64,000 nucleotides of DNA from an uncultured Erysipelotrichaceae bacterium (GTDB taxonomy: Bacteria; Bacillota_I; Bacilli_A; RFN20; CAG-826). This document shows positions 9,326-20,300 of the stretch, piece by piece (the first letter of the stretch is position 1; each line of letters begins with the position of its first letter). The notes below the pieces were generated by a model. It did no database searches. It worked only from the letters and a program-made list of their open reading frames with translations, and had not been told where the DNA came from. The stretch spans positions 36,900-100,899 of the forward strand of contig CADCDA010000005.1 of the NCBI GenBank assembly GCA_902800025.1. Reading direction: 5' to 3'. A program made the translations under genes and the position numbers.

Positions 9326-10054
9326 ATGGCAAAAGAAAAAGGAAAGACAAAAGCTAATCTTCTTAAGGGCATTATAAATGAGAATCCTCTCTTAGTGTCG
9401 ATTCTTGGAACATGTCCTGCTTTAGCAACCACCAAAACAGTGGAGGCTGCTTTAGGAATGGGTTTGTTATTTACCATCGTTTTGATTTGTTCTAATATCT
9501 TAGTTTCATTATTAAGAAAATTAATTCCAGAAGAAGTTAAAACCCCAGCCTATATCGTTATCATTGCGACATTTGTGACGATGGTTAAAATGTTCACAAA
9601 CGCTTTCCTTCCTGAATTATATTCAACCTTAGGTGTCTTTATTTCTCTTATCGTTGTTAACTGTATTGTTTTAGGAAGAGCAGAAGCATATGCTTCTAAA
9701 AACAAAGTTTTTGATTCCTTTATCGATGCGCTTGGTATGGGAATTGGTTATACTTTAGCAATTATCTTAATGGCGTTCTTTAGAGAACTACTTGGTACAG
9801 GAGCATTTACCTTTGGTAAGATTTTTACATTTATCCCATTAACAAAAGTACAAATCATTCCAAAAGGATATGAAATCTCCTTATTCCAAAACCCAGCAGG
9901 CGCCTTTATTGTTTTTTCAATTATCTTAGCGGTTATCGCTTTTATTAAGAACCGTAAGGCTGAACTTGTTGCTTATAATGAAAAACAAGAAAAGATAAGA
10001 AAACTTCAAGAAGCAAAAGCGCAGGCTGCAAAAGTAGAAGGAGGCAATAAATAG
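9326..10054 (+). CDS. rnfE: Rnf complex subunit E
   Basis: ENP...LGTCPALA, LIVVNCIVLGRAE, PAGAF. Confidence 0.93.
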   Translation: MAKEKGKTKANLLKGIINENPLLVSILGTCPALATTKTVEAALGMGLLFTIVLICSNILVSLLRKLIPEEVKTPAYIVIIATFVTMVKMFTNAFLPELYSTLGVFISLIVVNCIVLGRAEAYASKNKVFDSFIDALGMGIGYTLAIILMAFFRELLGTGAFTFGKIFTFIPLTKVQIIPKGYEISLFQNPAGAFIVFSIILAVIAFIKNRKAELVAYNEKQEKIRKLQEAKAQAAKVEGGNK

Positions 10055-10056
10055 TT

Positions 10057-10656
10057 ATGAATATGTTTATTTCTTTCCTTTTAGCTATTATTTCAAGCAT
10101 GTTAGTGGATAACGTTGTTCTTTCTAGGTTCTACGGTATTTGTCCATTCTTGGGAGTTTCTAAAAAAGTCAAATCTTCTTTAGGCATGGGCATCGCTGTT
10201 GTCTTTGTTATTTTATTAGCTACTTTAATTTGCTGGCCTTTATATCACTTTGTCCTAGTTCCAGCAGGAATTGCTTTCTTAGATACAGTGGTGTACATCC
10301 TTGTTATTGCTTCTTTAGTCCAACTAGTTGGATTATTCATTAAAAAGTATTCTCCTTCTTTATATAAATCGTTAGGTATTTATCTACCATTAATTACCAC
10401 TAACTGTGCAGTCCTTGGTGTCGCTCAAAGTAACACCGATCAGGGCCTAACATTCTTAGAATCATTAGGCAATGGTTTAGGAACTTCAGTTGGTTTCTTA
10501 CTAGTTATTGTTGTCTTTAGCTGTATTAGAGTGAGATTAGAATCCGCTAACACACCTAAGGCATTTAAAGGATTACCAATCGCTTTAATCGTTGCGGCGA
10601 TTATGGCTATTGCGTTTATGGGATTACAAGGATTATTTGTGGGGTTAGGATCATGA
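10057..10656 (+). CDS. rnfA: Rnf complex subunit A
   Basis: NVVLSRFYGICPFLGVS, LGIYLPLITTNCAVLG. Confidence 0.95.
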   Translation: MNMFISFLLAIISSMLVDNVVLSRFYGICPFLGVSKKVKSSLGMGIAVVFVILLATLICWPLYHFVLVPAGIAFLDTVVYILVIASLVQLVGLFIKKYSPSLYKSLGIYLPLITTNCAVLGVAQSNTDQGLTFLESLGNGLGTSVGFLLVIVVFSCIRVRLESANTPKAFKGLPIALIVAAIMAIAFMGLQGLFVGLGS

Positions 10657-10850
10657 GTCAAACTGAAAATCTAATCTTAGGAATATCTATTGTCGTGTTT
10701 TTACTCGCTATTTTTGTCGTCTCATTTGTTTTATTTATGAAGACCCCAGCCCCAAAAGGCTGCGAAGATATCAAAATTAGTGAAGAAAACTGCTCTAAAT
10801 GTGGAAAAACAGAATGTGCTTTCTATAAGAAAGCTGAGGAGGAAAAATAG
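10653..10850 (+). CDS. 65-aa membrane microprotein with four-Cys cytoplasmic tail
   Basis: ATGA overlap with rnfA; one TM helix followed by C-x9-C-x2-C-x4-C. Confidence 0.75.
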   Translation: MSQTENLILGISIVVFLLAIFVVSFVLFMKTPAPKGCEDIKISEENCSKCGKTECAFYKKAEEEK

Positions 10851-10852
10851 TT

Positions 10853-11170
10853 ATGGAAATTCTCTATGCGATTTTAATTCTCCTTGGATTAGGACTTCTA
10901 TTAGGTCTTGGTTTAGCGATCGCTGCAAAAGTTTTACATGTTAAAGAAGATGAAAGAATTGAAGAAGTTGCAAAAAGGCTACCGAATTATAACTGTGGTA
11001 GTTGTGGATATGCAGGATGTCACGATATGGCGGAAGCAATCGTTTCTGGCAAAGAAGAAAACTTACGTAAATGTAAGCCAGGAAAAGAAGATCAAAACTT
11101 CAAACCAATTATCGAATATCTTAATGAACACCCAAATGAGGATGGTTCAAAAGTAAAAGCTCACCTATGA
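10853..11170 (+). CDS. rnfB: Short Rnf subunit B (TM + N-terminal FeS domain only)
   Basis: TM helix, LPNYNCGSCGYAGC...CKPG; 105 aa with no ferredoxin domains. Confidence 0.85.
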   Translation: MEILYAILILLGLGLLLGLGLAIAAKVLHVKEDERIEEVAKRLPNYNCGSCGYAGCHDMAEAIVSGKEENLRKCKPGKEDQNFKPIIEYLNEHPNEDGSKVKAHL

Positions 11171-12120
11171 AAACTAAATTAATATTTCCGTTAATTGCTT
11201 TCATTGCTACTTCATGCACTCCAAAAAGCTTTGTTCTTGGTAGCAAAGTTTTTTGTTTTGATACAGTAGTGAGTATTGAATTATATGAAGGCAAAGATGA
11301 AGATGTTAAAAATATTGAGGAAATACTAAAGTATTACGACAAATTATCCGATAACTACTTACCTAGAGATATCACTAATGTTTATACAATCAATAACACA
11401 AATGAAACGATTGAAGTATCGAAAGACTTATATGATTTGTTGAAATCATCTATGGAAGTCACTTCTAAAGGGGCTAACTACTTTAACTTATTGGCGGGAT
11501 CTCTTTCAAAAAGATGGAAAGAATCTCTATCTCAAAATCAAGTTTTAAGCCAAAACGAAATTAATGAAGAACTCGATAAGCTTAATGATTCTTCGCTATC
11601 TTTATATCCTAATAATTTAATTAAAAGACTAGGAGAAGCGGAAATTGATTTAGGGGGTATCGCTAAAGGGTATACTTTAGATGTAATCAAAGATTATTTA
11701 GATTCTAAAGAATATAAACACTACATCATTAATGGTGGTTCTTCTAGTATCCTTTTAGGAGAAAAAAATCTTGGAGATGGATGTTTTACTGTTGGGATGC
11801 AAAAAGAGCTTCCTGGAGCCTATTTCAAAGCGAAGAATTGTTTTATTTCTACTAGTAGCAATAGTGAACAGGGCGTAGAAATAGATGGTACAGTGTATTC
11901 TCATATCATTAATCCAATTACTGGATCAGCGATTACGAATTATGATTCCGTTATTGTTTTAAGTGAAGATGGATATTTAGGTGACGCTTTATCGACTTCA
12001 ATGATGATGAACACCATAGAAGAAATTGAGCAAATTGAAAAAGATCAAAACGTTAAAACAATTATCGTTAAAGATGAAAAAATTGTTCATAAACATGTAG
12101 GCATTGAGGTTTTTCGCTAG
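11167..12120 (+). CDS. apbE: FAD:protein FMN transferase lipoprotein
   Basis: Lipobox ATSC, IDLGGIAKGY, SHIINPITG, GDALST. Confidence 0.93.
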   Translation: MKTKLIFPLIAFIATSCTPKSFVLGSKVFCFDTVVSIELYEGKDEDVKNIEEILKYYDKLSDNYLPRDITNVYTINNTNETIEVSKDLYDLLKSSMEVTSKGANYFNLLAGSLSKRWKESLSQNQVLSQNEINEELDKLNDSSLSLYPNNLIKRLGEAEIDLGGIAKGYTLDVIKDYLDSKEYKHYIINGGSSSILLGEKNLGDGCFTVGMQKELPGAYFKAKNCFISTSSNSEQGVEIDGTVYSHIINPITGSAITNYDSVIVLSEDGYLGDALSTSMMMNTIEEIEQIEKDQNVKTIIVKDEKIVHKHVGIEVFR

Positions 12121-12122
12121 TT

Positions 12123-12497
12123 ATGGATAAGAAAAAACTCAGAAACGATATCATCTTAATTGCTTCTTTACTAATCGCTGCAGCGGTTGCTTTGACTGTG
12201 ATTTTATGCACTAGAGTAAAAACCAACTTAATTGCGAAAATATCAGTTCAAAACCAAGTGGTGGAAGTTATTGATTTAACTAAAAAAGAAGATAAGCACT
12301 TTTATGTCGACGGATTACATGGAAAAGTTCATGTTCATACGAAAGACGGAGCGATTGCGATATTAGAATCAAATTGTCCACATCAAGATTGTGTTCATAT
12401 GGGTTACATCAGTGAATCAAATCGTCCAATCATCTGCGCTTATAACGCTGTATATATCGTTATTGAAGGGGCGAGTAGTTACGACGTGGTGATTTAA
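12123..12497 (+). CDS. NusG domain II-containing membrane-anchored protein
   Basis: N-terminal TM, SNCPHQDCVHMGYI...PIICAYN; usual neighbour of apbE. Confidence 0.85.
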   Translation: MDKKKLRNDIILIASLLIAAAVALTVILCTRVKTNLIAKISVQNQVVEVIDLTKKEDKHFYVDGLHGKVHVHTKDGAIAILESNCPHQDCVHMGYISESNRPIICAYNAVYIVIEGASSYDVVI

Positions 12498-12499
12498 TT

Positions 12500-13045
12500 A
12501 TGGAAGAAGAGAAGAAAGAAAGACGAATTAGTGTCCATAAAATTGCAATCCTTGGTGTTTTAACTGCGGCCGCAATAGTGATTGGTATATTGGAATCATA
12601 TATTCCTAGTATTGGTATACCAGGAGTAAAACTCGGGTTAGCCAATATTATGATATTAGTTACTCTATATGAATTGGGTATTCTTGAAGCAGTGTTCGTT
12701 AATCTTTTACGTGTTGTAGTAGTGGGTCTAGTTAGAGGAACGATATTTGGAATGGGATTCTTTATGTCGCTTACTGGAGCGGTTTTGTCTTTGGGAGTGA
12801 TGATTCTTTTCTATCTACTAATTAAGAAATTTTCAATTATTGGTGTTTCAGTTATCGGGGCTATTTTCCATGTTCTAGGACAAATAATAATCGCCATGAT
12901 TTATCTTGGGACTGCGTATGTCTTCTATTACTTACCGATAATCGCAATTTCCGCAATTATCACTGGAATATTTGTTGGTATAACAGCAAATCTCATCATA
13001 AAAACTGGTGTGATTAAAAAGCAAAAAGAGAAATATAAATTCTAA
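12500..13045 (+). CDS. Gx transporter family (heptaprenyl diphosphate synthase component I-like) membrane protein
   Basis: LESYIP..IPGVKLGLAN, GVSVIGAIFH; follows the NusG-II gene. Confidence 0.85.
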   Translation: MEEEKKERRISVHKIAILGVLTAAAIVIGILESYIPSIGIPGVKLGLANIMILVTLYELGILEAVFVNLLRVVVVGLVRGTIFGMGFFMSLTGAVLSLGVMILFYLLIKKFSIIGVSVIGAIFHVLGQIIIAMIYLGTAYVFYYLPIIAISAIITGIFVGITANLIIKTGVIKKQKEKYKF

Positions 13046-13053
13046 TAAATAGT

Positions 13054-13080
13054 AGGTCAAACTAATTGACCTCTTTTTAT
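13054..13080 (+). terminator. Intrinsic terminator of the rnf operon
   Basis: AGGTCAA-ACTAA-TTGACCT followed by CTTTTT. Confidence 0.7.
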
Positions 13081-13180
13081 CTATAAAAAAATAATGGATA
13101 AATATCTGTAGTAATCTAAATACTCTTTTCAGAAGAAAAGTCTATATGGTCCATTTTACTCTTGTTTAATAAAACAAATA

Positions 13181-13209
13181 TTGCGATAAGATAATGTCGG
13201 TTTTATAAT
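13181..13209 (+). promoter_or_regulatory. Sigma-A promoter of the starch operon
   Basis: TTGCGA-17 nt-TATAAT. Confidence 0.6.
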
Positions 13210-13269
13210 TTTTGTATAAATTCGTTATCGTTAGTATAACGGAACTTTTTAGAAAAGTAGGAATGACTT

Positions 13270-15807
13270 ATGAGAAAAAAAGTACTATTTTTAGGGTTTT
13301 CGCCTGTTTTTCTATTGGCCGGATGTTTAGCGGTAGCAGCGGTTGCTCCTGCAATTAATTTTGCTAAGGGCACAGTTGCTTCTGAAGCTGAAGATCCAAA
13401 CCAATACGATTATTGGCTAAACTCCATTTCTCAACCAGGCCATCTTTACCTTCACTACAACAGAGGAACAGAGTCTAACTACAACGACTATTGTTTATGG
13501 CTTTGGCAATCTTCTCCTCAAGACCTCGAAGGTGCTCTTTGGGGTTTCAGTGGTAATCCACGTGTTTCGGAGAATTTAACGCTAAAACCAATGTCCACTG
13601 GTTGGATGACTTATTCTGATGTTGGCAAAGAGGGATCCGGACTATATTATGACGACTATGGTGCCATCATGGACGTCGATTTATATAGAAGTGATCTCGT
13701 CGGCGGAAAAACCGGTACACCTGTTACTTATGAAGGCGCTGAGGAATTAGGTTTCTTATTACCTCAACAATCTTCAATGGACGGTTCTTCTAACTGGGTC
13801 AGTGATGGTGGAAGAGAAACTTACATTGACGACATTGCAGATGAAGCTAATTGGAGAGTGATTGATGGTGGAAAATGCGTCCACATTTTCGTCTCTAAAG
13901 GTGCTTTATCTAACTACAAGTATTTCGCTGGGGATGGTGTTCCAGAAGTCAAAATCAATCCAATTGATAATGACACAACTGGCAAATACAGTTCTTCTAT
14001 TGAAGCCTACGCTGATACATTTAGTGTTAGTTCAACTTCTGAAGCATTTAAGAAGTTAGGTGTTGGCTATCAAATTTTCGTCGCTTCATTTAGAGATAGC
14101 GATGGAGATGGAACTGGTGATTTACGCGGCGTTATTAATTCCCTCGATTACTTAAAAGACCTCGGAGTCGATGTCCTATGGTTAACACCTATTCAAAAAT
14201 CAGACTCTTATCACGGCTATGATATCAGTGATTATTTAGCGGTTGATAAGAGATTTGGTACGATTAACGATTACCGTGAACTTATTTATAAAGCTCACAA
14301 GATGGGTATGAAAGTGATTATGGACTTAGTCCTTAACCACACCTCAAAAGGTAATCCATGGTTTATTAACTCTCAATGGGGCGCGAACGAAGACGGATTC
14401 AAGAATGAATGGAGAGACGTTTATACTTGGAAATACAAAGAAGACTTAATCGATAAGTACATTGATGGTTCTTATCAAAAAATAACAGTCGAAACAGATG
14501 CGAAGAGTAAAAACCCATCTTGGTATAGAGATGGTGAATCAAATTACTACTACTATGGCAAATTCGGTAGTGGTATGCCTGAAATTAACTATCAAAACGC
14601 AAAGACACGTCAACTAGTCATCGAAATGGCGAAATATTGGCTTTCTTTCGGCTTAGATGGTTATCGTCTTGACGCAGTTAAACACATCTTCATGAGAGAT
14701 GAATGCTATCAAAGTGGCGATATTATTATCACCGATACTGGAAGCAAGAGATCTTATGATGATGAAAAAGGTCAATACATCACAAAAGAATATGATTATT
14801 CTAGTAACTTAACTAAGAACGTTGCATGGTGGAAAGAATTCGCTAACGCATTAAAAGCGGATTATCCAAGTTGTTTCTTAGTTGGTGAAAACTTTGATGG
14901 ATGGGGAACAAGAACTGCTCCTTATTATCAAGCTCTCGATAGTCAATTCTCATTCTCGACCTATTATCATATTCCAGCTTACTTATATGCGAACGCTGGT
15001 GGAGCGAGCAACTTCTCTGGTCAAGCCGCTGAAACATTTGACCCATTCGGTGCTGATTCAGCAGTTCTTGATGATGGCAAAACAGTAATCAATATTCCTG
15101 GTGGAAAACGTCCAGACTTTATTGATGGTGCTTTCACTTCTAACCACGACGTTATGAGAGCTATTAACCAAGTTAATGGCACTGGAACAAAACAAGAAAC
15201 CGTCGCCCTTGACTGTGTCACAGGCGCTGGTGATCAAGTTAATAAAGCAAAGATCGCTGCGGCAGTTACAATGTTAGATCGTGGTATTTCCTGGATTTAC
15301 TATGGTGATGAACTCGGTATGTCCTCAAATACTGATCAACACGTTGCTAAATATGGCAGTGAAAACTGTGAAGATATTTGGTATCGTCAACCATTCTTAT
15401 GGCAAGATACCACTCAAAGACCAAACTATAAATCTGGTCAATATGTTTTCGAATTAGATTCTTATAATAAGACTCTTGAAACAATGGAACAACAAAAGGC
15501 TAACCAAAATTCGATGTTCAATTGGTACAAAGATTTATGTGAAATCAAACACATGTATCCAAATGATGCGAGAATCGCATATGCGAATAGCAGTTCCAAT
15601 GTTATGGAAATTAAAGTTTATAGCGCGAGTGGTTTACTCACTCTCACTATTTATATCAATACTGGTTTAAGTGACTCTCAATACTTAATGAACCCAAATA
15701 ACAACCAACCAATGCAGGCTGTTAAGACGATGGGTGGCGCTCCATCTAACGCTGGTGGCAATATCGGTGGTACTAAATTCAGTATTGCTGTATTTAAACA
15801 TATCTAG
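13270..15807 (+). CDS. Exported GH13 alpha-amylase with N-terminal CBM41-like module
   Basis: Signal/lipobox-like LAGC; LYLHYNR..YCLWLWQ; DSDGDGTGDLRG, SYHGYD, DLVLNH; catalytic RLDAVKH, VGENF and NHD intact. Confidence 0.92.
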   Translation: MRKKVLFLGFSPVFLLAGCLAVAAVAPAINFAKGTVASEAEDPNQYDYWLNSISQPGHLYLHYNRGTESNYNDYCLWLWQSSPQDLEGALWGFSGNPRVSENLTLKPMSTGWMTYSDVGKEGSGLYYDDYGAIMDVDLYRSDLVGGKTGTPVTYEGAEELGFLLPQQSSMDGSSNWVSDGGRETYIDDIADEANWRVIDGGKCVHIFVSKGALSNYKYFAGDGVPEVKINPIDNDTTGKYSSSIEAYADTFSVSSTSEAFKKLGVGYQIFVASFRDSDGDGTGDLRGVINSLDYLKDLGVDVLWLTPIQKSDSYHGYDISDYLAVDKRFGTINDYRELIYKAHKMGMKVIMDLVLNHTSKGNPWFINSQWGANEDGFKNEWRDVYTWKYKEDLIDKYIDGSYQKITVETDAKSKNPSWYRDGESNYYYYGKFGSGMPEINYQNAKTRQLVIEMAKYWLSFGLDGYRLDAVKHIFMRDECYQSGDIIITDTGSKRSYDDEKGQYITKEYDYSSNLTKNVAWWKEFANALKADYPSCFLVGENFDGWGTRTAPYYQALDSQFSFSTYYHIPAYLYANAGGASNFSGQAAETFDPFGADSAVLDDGKTVINIPGGKRPDFIDGAFTSNHDVMRAINQVNGTGTKQETVALDCVTGAGDQVNKAKIAAAVTMLDRGISWIYYGDELGMSSNTDQHVAKYGSENCEDIWYRQPFLWQDTTQRPNYKSGQYVFELDSYNKTLETMEQQKANQNSMFNWYKDLCEIKHMYPNDARIAYANSSSNVMEIKVYSASGLLTLTIYINTGLSDSQYLMNPNNNQPMQAVKTMGGAPSNAGGNIGGTKFSIAVFKHI

Positions 15808-15817
15808 GAGGTAATGA

Positions 15818-17329
15818 ATGATGAGAAAAAGTAAATTATTCTTAATCGCATTGCCTTTACTAGCAATGTCATTAGCGGGCTGTGTTAAATATAACGGCCG
15901 TGAGTCAAGTAACCCAGTTGAAAAGATGACTCTTACTATCGACAAAACCGAACTTTCAATCGTTGAAGGTAGCCAAGCTACAATTAATGCAACAGTTGAT
16001 AAGGATGTCGAAGTTCGTTGGTCAGTTGCTGATGAACAAATCGTTACCGCTACTCCTGAAAACGAAAAAGGTTTAAAGGTTACAGTTAACGCTCTTGTTC
16101 CAGGACAAACAACTGTAACAGCGTCAACGAGTTACAAAAATAGAACATATACACAAACATGTACAGTCTCCGTTACTAGAAAAGGTGGCGGTGGCGGTGG
16201 CGGAGATGATCCAAGCATCCCAGAGCCAGGTGAAACCGTTACCACATATTTAGTAATTGGTGAAAACGGTAGATATCAAGGTCAACCAGGCGTTGATATT
16301 CCATCCGTATTCGTTGAATACGCGGTTGAGTTTACCGCGAAAGTTGGAGATCCATTACCAACCAAAGCTGATGTTACAAGCACAGTTGAAGGTTCAAAGT
16401 TTGTCGCATGGCAATCTTATGAAGGCGATGGCGCTCTTACGCAGTGGACAACCGTTCCAAATGCAAGAGGCAAGATCTTATATGCTTCATTTGCAGGCGG
16501 TGGCGGAAGCGTTCCACCTCAACCAGGTCCAGGACCAGAACCAACTGGTTATGTCACTTTATACTTTGCAGGTATTGGTGCTTGGACAGATGAAACCGCA
16601 GTTAACCTTGGTATTAATAATCAATTCGTCGTTGCTGCAAAACAAGCAGATAACAACTATAAAGCAACTGTTTCAGTAACAGGTTCTGTTAGCACAGTTA
16701 ACGTTTACCTTAACCAAGGTGGACAAGAAGGCAAGTACTTCCATCCAACAACTGGCACACAAGACTATAACAGAATGAATTCCGCTATTAATACTGGTGC
16801 AGTAACTGTTGAAGTTGCTGAAGAAATCTCTGAAGCAAAAGAATACACAATTACATTTGTTGATTGGGATTATGCAGAAGATGATTGGAACCATGCATGG
16901 TTCAAATATACCTTCACCGCAGGAAAACCAAGTTCGGGTGGTGGAGATCAACCAACTCCTCCTCCATCAACTGGTACCATTACACTTTATTTTGATGGTA
17001 TTAGTGAATGGACCGATCCAACAGATGTCCATCTTGCAGTTGGTTCAACTTGGAAAGACGCTGTTAAACAACCTAGTGGAAAATACAAGGCTGAATTTAC
17101 AGTTTCAGAAGTTTCAAGTATTAGCTGTTACTTATCTCAAGGAACAACTAAATATTTCCATCCTGCAAATGGAACAACTTACGACAGAATGTACTCAACT
17201 ATTAATACAGGATCAACCCAACTAGAAGTTGGTGGTGAATATATCATCACATGGACTGGTTGGCTAGATCACTGGGAAGATGAAGGAAACCATGGTTGGT
17301 TTACTTACACCTTCCAACTAGTAGCGTAG
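15818..17329 (+). CDS. Lipoprotein: Ig-like (Big_2) domain, B-repeat-like domain, two tandem aromatic-rich domains
   Basis: Lipobox LAGC; Gly/Pro linkers; two ~120-aa repeats (TLYF.GI..WTD...KYFHP...NH.WF.YTF). Confidence 0.85.
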   Translation: MMRKSKLFLIALPLLAMSLAGCVKYNGRESSNPVEKMTLTIDKTELSIVEGSQATINATVDKDVEVRWSVADEQIVTATPENEKGLKVTVNALVPGQTTVTASTSYKNRTYTQTCTVSVTRKGGGGGGGDDPSIPEPGETVTTYLVIGENGRYQGQPGVDIPSVFVEYAVEFTAKVGDPLPTKADVTSTVEGSKFVAWQSYEGDGALTQWTTVPNARGKILYASFAGGGGSVPPQPGPGPEPTGYVTLYFAGIGAWTDETAVNLGINNQFVVAAKQADNNYKATVSVTGSVSTVNVYLNQGGQEGKYFHPTTGTQDYNRMNSAINTGAVTVEVAEEISEAKEYTITFVDWDYAEDDWNHAWFKYTFTAGKPSSGGGDQPTPPPSTGTITLYFDGISEWTDPTDVHLAVGSTWKDAVKQPSGKYKAEFTVSEVSSISCYLSQGTTKYFHPANGTTYDRMYSTINTGSTQLEVGGEYIITWTGWLDHWEDEGNHGWFTYTFQLVA

Positions 17330-17346
17330 AAAGTGAGGCATAACGT

Positions 17347-20300
17347 ATGAAGCATATTAAAAAAGCATTATTAGCAGTTATTCCTTCTTTCATGCTCTTT
17401 GGAGTAGCTGGCTTAGCGGCCACTAGAGTTTCTCAAAAGATTAACGGTAATCCTGGTAAGGACACCGCAATCTATGATGAAAACTTAGAACACGCTAGAC
17501 TCGATCGTCCTGATATCGTCAACGGCAGATATCTTGCTGATGGCGGTAGTGAGGAAGAAGAGGAAGAAGCAACAGTCGTTGTTAACAAAGTCATTCTCCA
17601 TTACTATAACGAAGCTGGTGGAAACGATGGTAGAGCCTTCTACCTTTGGGTCACTGGTGTTGATGGTGTCGAATATAACTTAGAAAATGCATCCGACATC
17701 ATGACTGTCAATAGTGATAGAACAATGATGACTATTGAAATCGACTTTACCGATCCAAGATTCACAGCGTTCGCCGGCAAATCTAAATTATTCTTTATTA
17801 TTAAATATAAGAAGATAAGTGAGATGAACCTCAACTGGGGTGGACAATCAGATGATATGCAACTCGTATATTCTGAATTCCCACCTGCAGAAGGAAGCGA
17901 TGTTTGTGAAGTTTGGACGATGCCTGCCGCTGGTGGTGGTATCGCTATCTTAGATAGTGAAAACAAAACCAGAGTGCATGGTGTTAACCTCGCTGAATTC
18001 AATAGTTGGAACACCATTAAATGCAAGTTGACAAATGATACACAGTCTGTCAATTATCAACTCTATGCATTTGATGAAACATATTACAAAATCAAACCTA
18101 AAAAACGTGCTGATTATCAAAGATGGTATTTAGTCAAAGAAGGCACAGGTACAGGTGATGCAAATGGCGAATTCACCATTACCTTCCAATATGAAGCACA
18201 TATCAATGTCGTCTATTCTTTGGTCTCTCATGATCCAAGTACAGATACCGACCCAGATATGGCGGCCTTAAGTAAGACTGTTACCGTAAGATTTGATAAA
18301 CTCTACGACACTGATAAGTTCCATACATATTATGAAAATGCGAACTTACAAAAAGATTTAGGTGCCTCATATTCTGCTACTGGAACAACATTTAAAGTTT
18401 GGTCACCAGTATCTGCGAATATGACAGTTCTCCTTTATGATTCAGACACTGCTGCTGAATTTGGTGGAGACGATAAATATAAAGGCTACCATATGCACTA
18501 TACAAGCGGTGGTATTTGGGAGCTAACAATTGATGGAGATATCAAAGGCAAATATTATAACTTCCAAGTTGATAATACCTTAGGTACCAATGTCACAATG
18601 GATCCATATGCGACCACAGCTGGTGCGAATGGTGTTCGTGGACTTATCTATGATAAGAGTGAAACCAATCCAACTGGCTGGGACACTCTTCCAACTAAAT
18701 GGGATGGTGTATCAGGATATGACATTACTTCTCCACAAGAATTATCAATCTATGAAGTACACGTTCAAGACTTTACTGGTGATTCCTCATGGAATGGTAC
18801 AGAAAAGAATGGAACATATAACGCATTTGTTGAAAGTGGTACACATCTTGCTGGTCATCCAGAAATTTCTACAGGTTATGACCACATCAAAGATTTAGGA
18901 GTTGAAGCTGTTCAATTAGTCCCAGTCTTTGACCACGATAACGACGAAAGCGCGGAAGTACTTAAGTATAACTGGGGTTATAACCCTCTCAACTATAACG
19001 TTGTTGAAGGTGGTTATTCCTCAAATCCTCATGATGGTTTAGCTAGAGTCAAAGAATTTAAGAATATGGTTCTTGAATTATCTAAGACTAGACAAGGCAA
19101 AGAAAATGATGTTCACACTCGTGTCATTATGGACGTTGTTTATAACCACGTGAGTTCGGCAACCGGTAGTAATTTCCATAAACTTATGCCACGTTATTAT
19201 TTCAGATATGCGGCAAAAGATTACTATTACTGGGATGAAGGAAAACAAGAATATGTCCGCTATCAAATGGAAGGCGAACTCTGGGATGGCTCTGGCTGTC
19301 ATAATGAAGTCGCTACTGAAAGACCAATGATGAGAAAATTCATCGTTGATTCTCTTAAGATGTGGGCCACTGAATATAAGATTAAAGGTTTCCGTTTCGA
19401 CTTAATGGGATTACTTGATTTCAAAACCATGATTGAAGCGAAAAAAGCCTTATATGAAATTGATCCAGATATTTATCTCTATGGTGAAGGCTGGACCAGT
19501 GGTGGATATCACGGTGAAGGTAGCGATCAATGGAAAGAAGCTCATCCAGGCGAACCAGATCCACATAACTTTGGTGCGATGAGTTGGCAAGTTTATAACG
19601 AATGTAACAACTTCTTAACCACAGGAGTTTATCTCGGTGGATTTAACGACGCGGTTAGAAACGCAATTAGAGGCGAAAATAACGTTAATGGTTATCCAGG
19701 AAAAGGATATATCCAAACTGGTGACTCTAACCAATATGCATGGACCATCGCTGCTGGATTATGGGGCGTTAATACTGGAGTAAGAACTGATAATGAACTC
19801 AGTGGTTATTATCCAGAACAAACAGTTAACTACGCTTCATGTCACGATAACTGGACCGTTAGAGATCAACTCTATAACACTTTAGCTGATGGAACTCACC
19901 CAACAGGTAGCCAATTAGCACATGGTGTTCTTCAAGCACACGGCCTAATCTTTGCAAGTAACAGTGCAGCCTTTATGCTCGGTGGAGAAGAATTACTTAG
20001 AACCAAAGAATTACAAGTTTCTGATTTGGACGCAGTTACCGCTGATTCATATCAAAACTTACATGGTCACTACATTTCTCATAACTCTTACAATGCACCA
20101 TTAAGTGTCAACACATTTAAATGGGGCAATAAATACGAAATCTCGTTTGATGATCAAACCATCAAGAACGAACAAGAAGATGGTTATAGATTAGTCAGTT
20201 GCTTTGCAAGCTTAATTAGAATGCATAAACAACTCGCTAAGAAACGCGGAGTCAGCACAGGCTATAACAGTTTTGTCGGATCGACATCAAGTGGTAAGTC

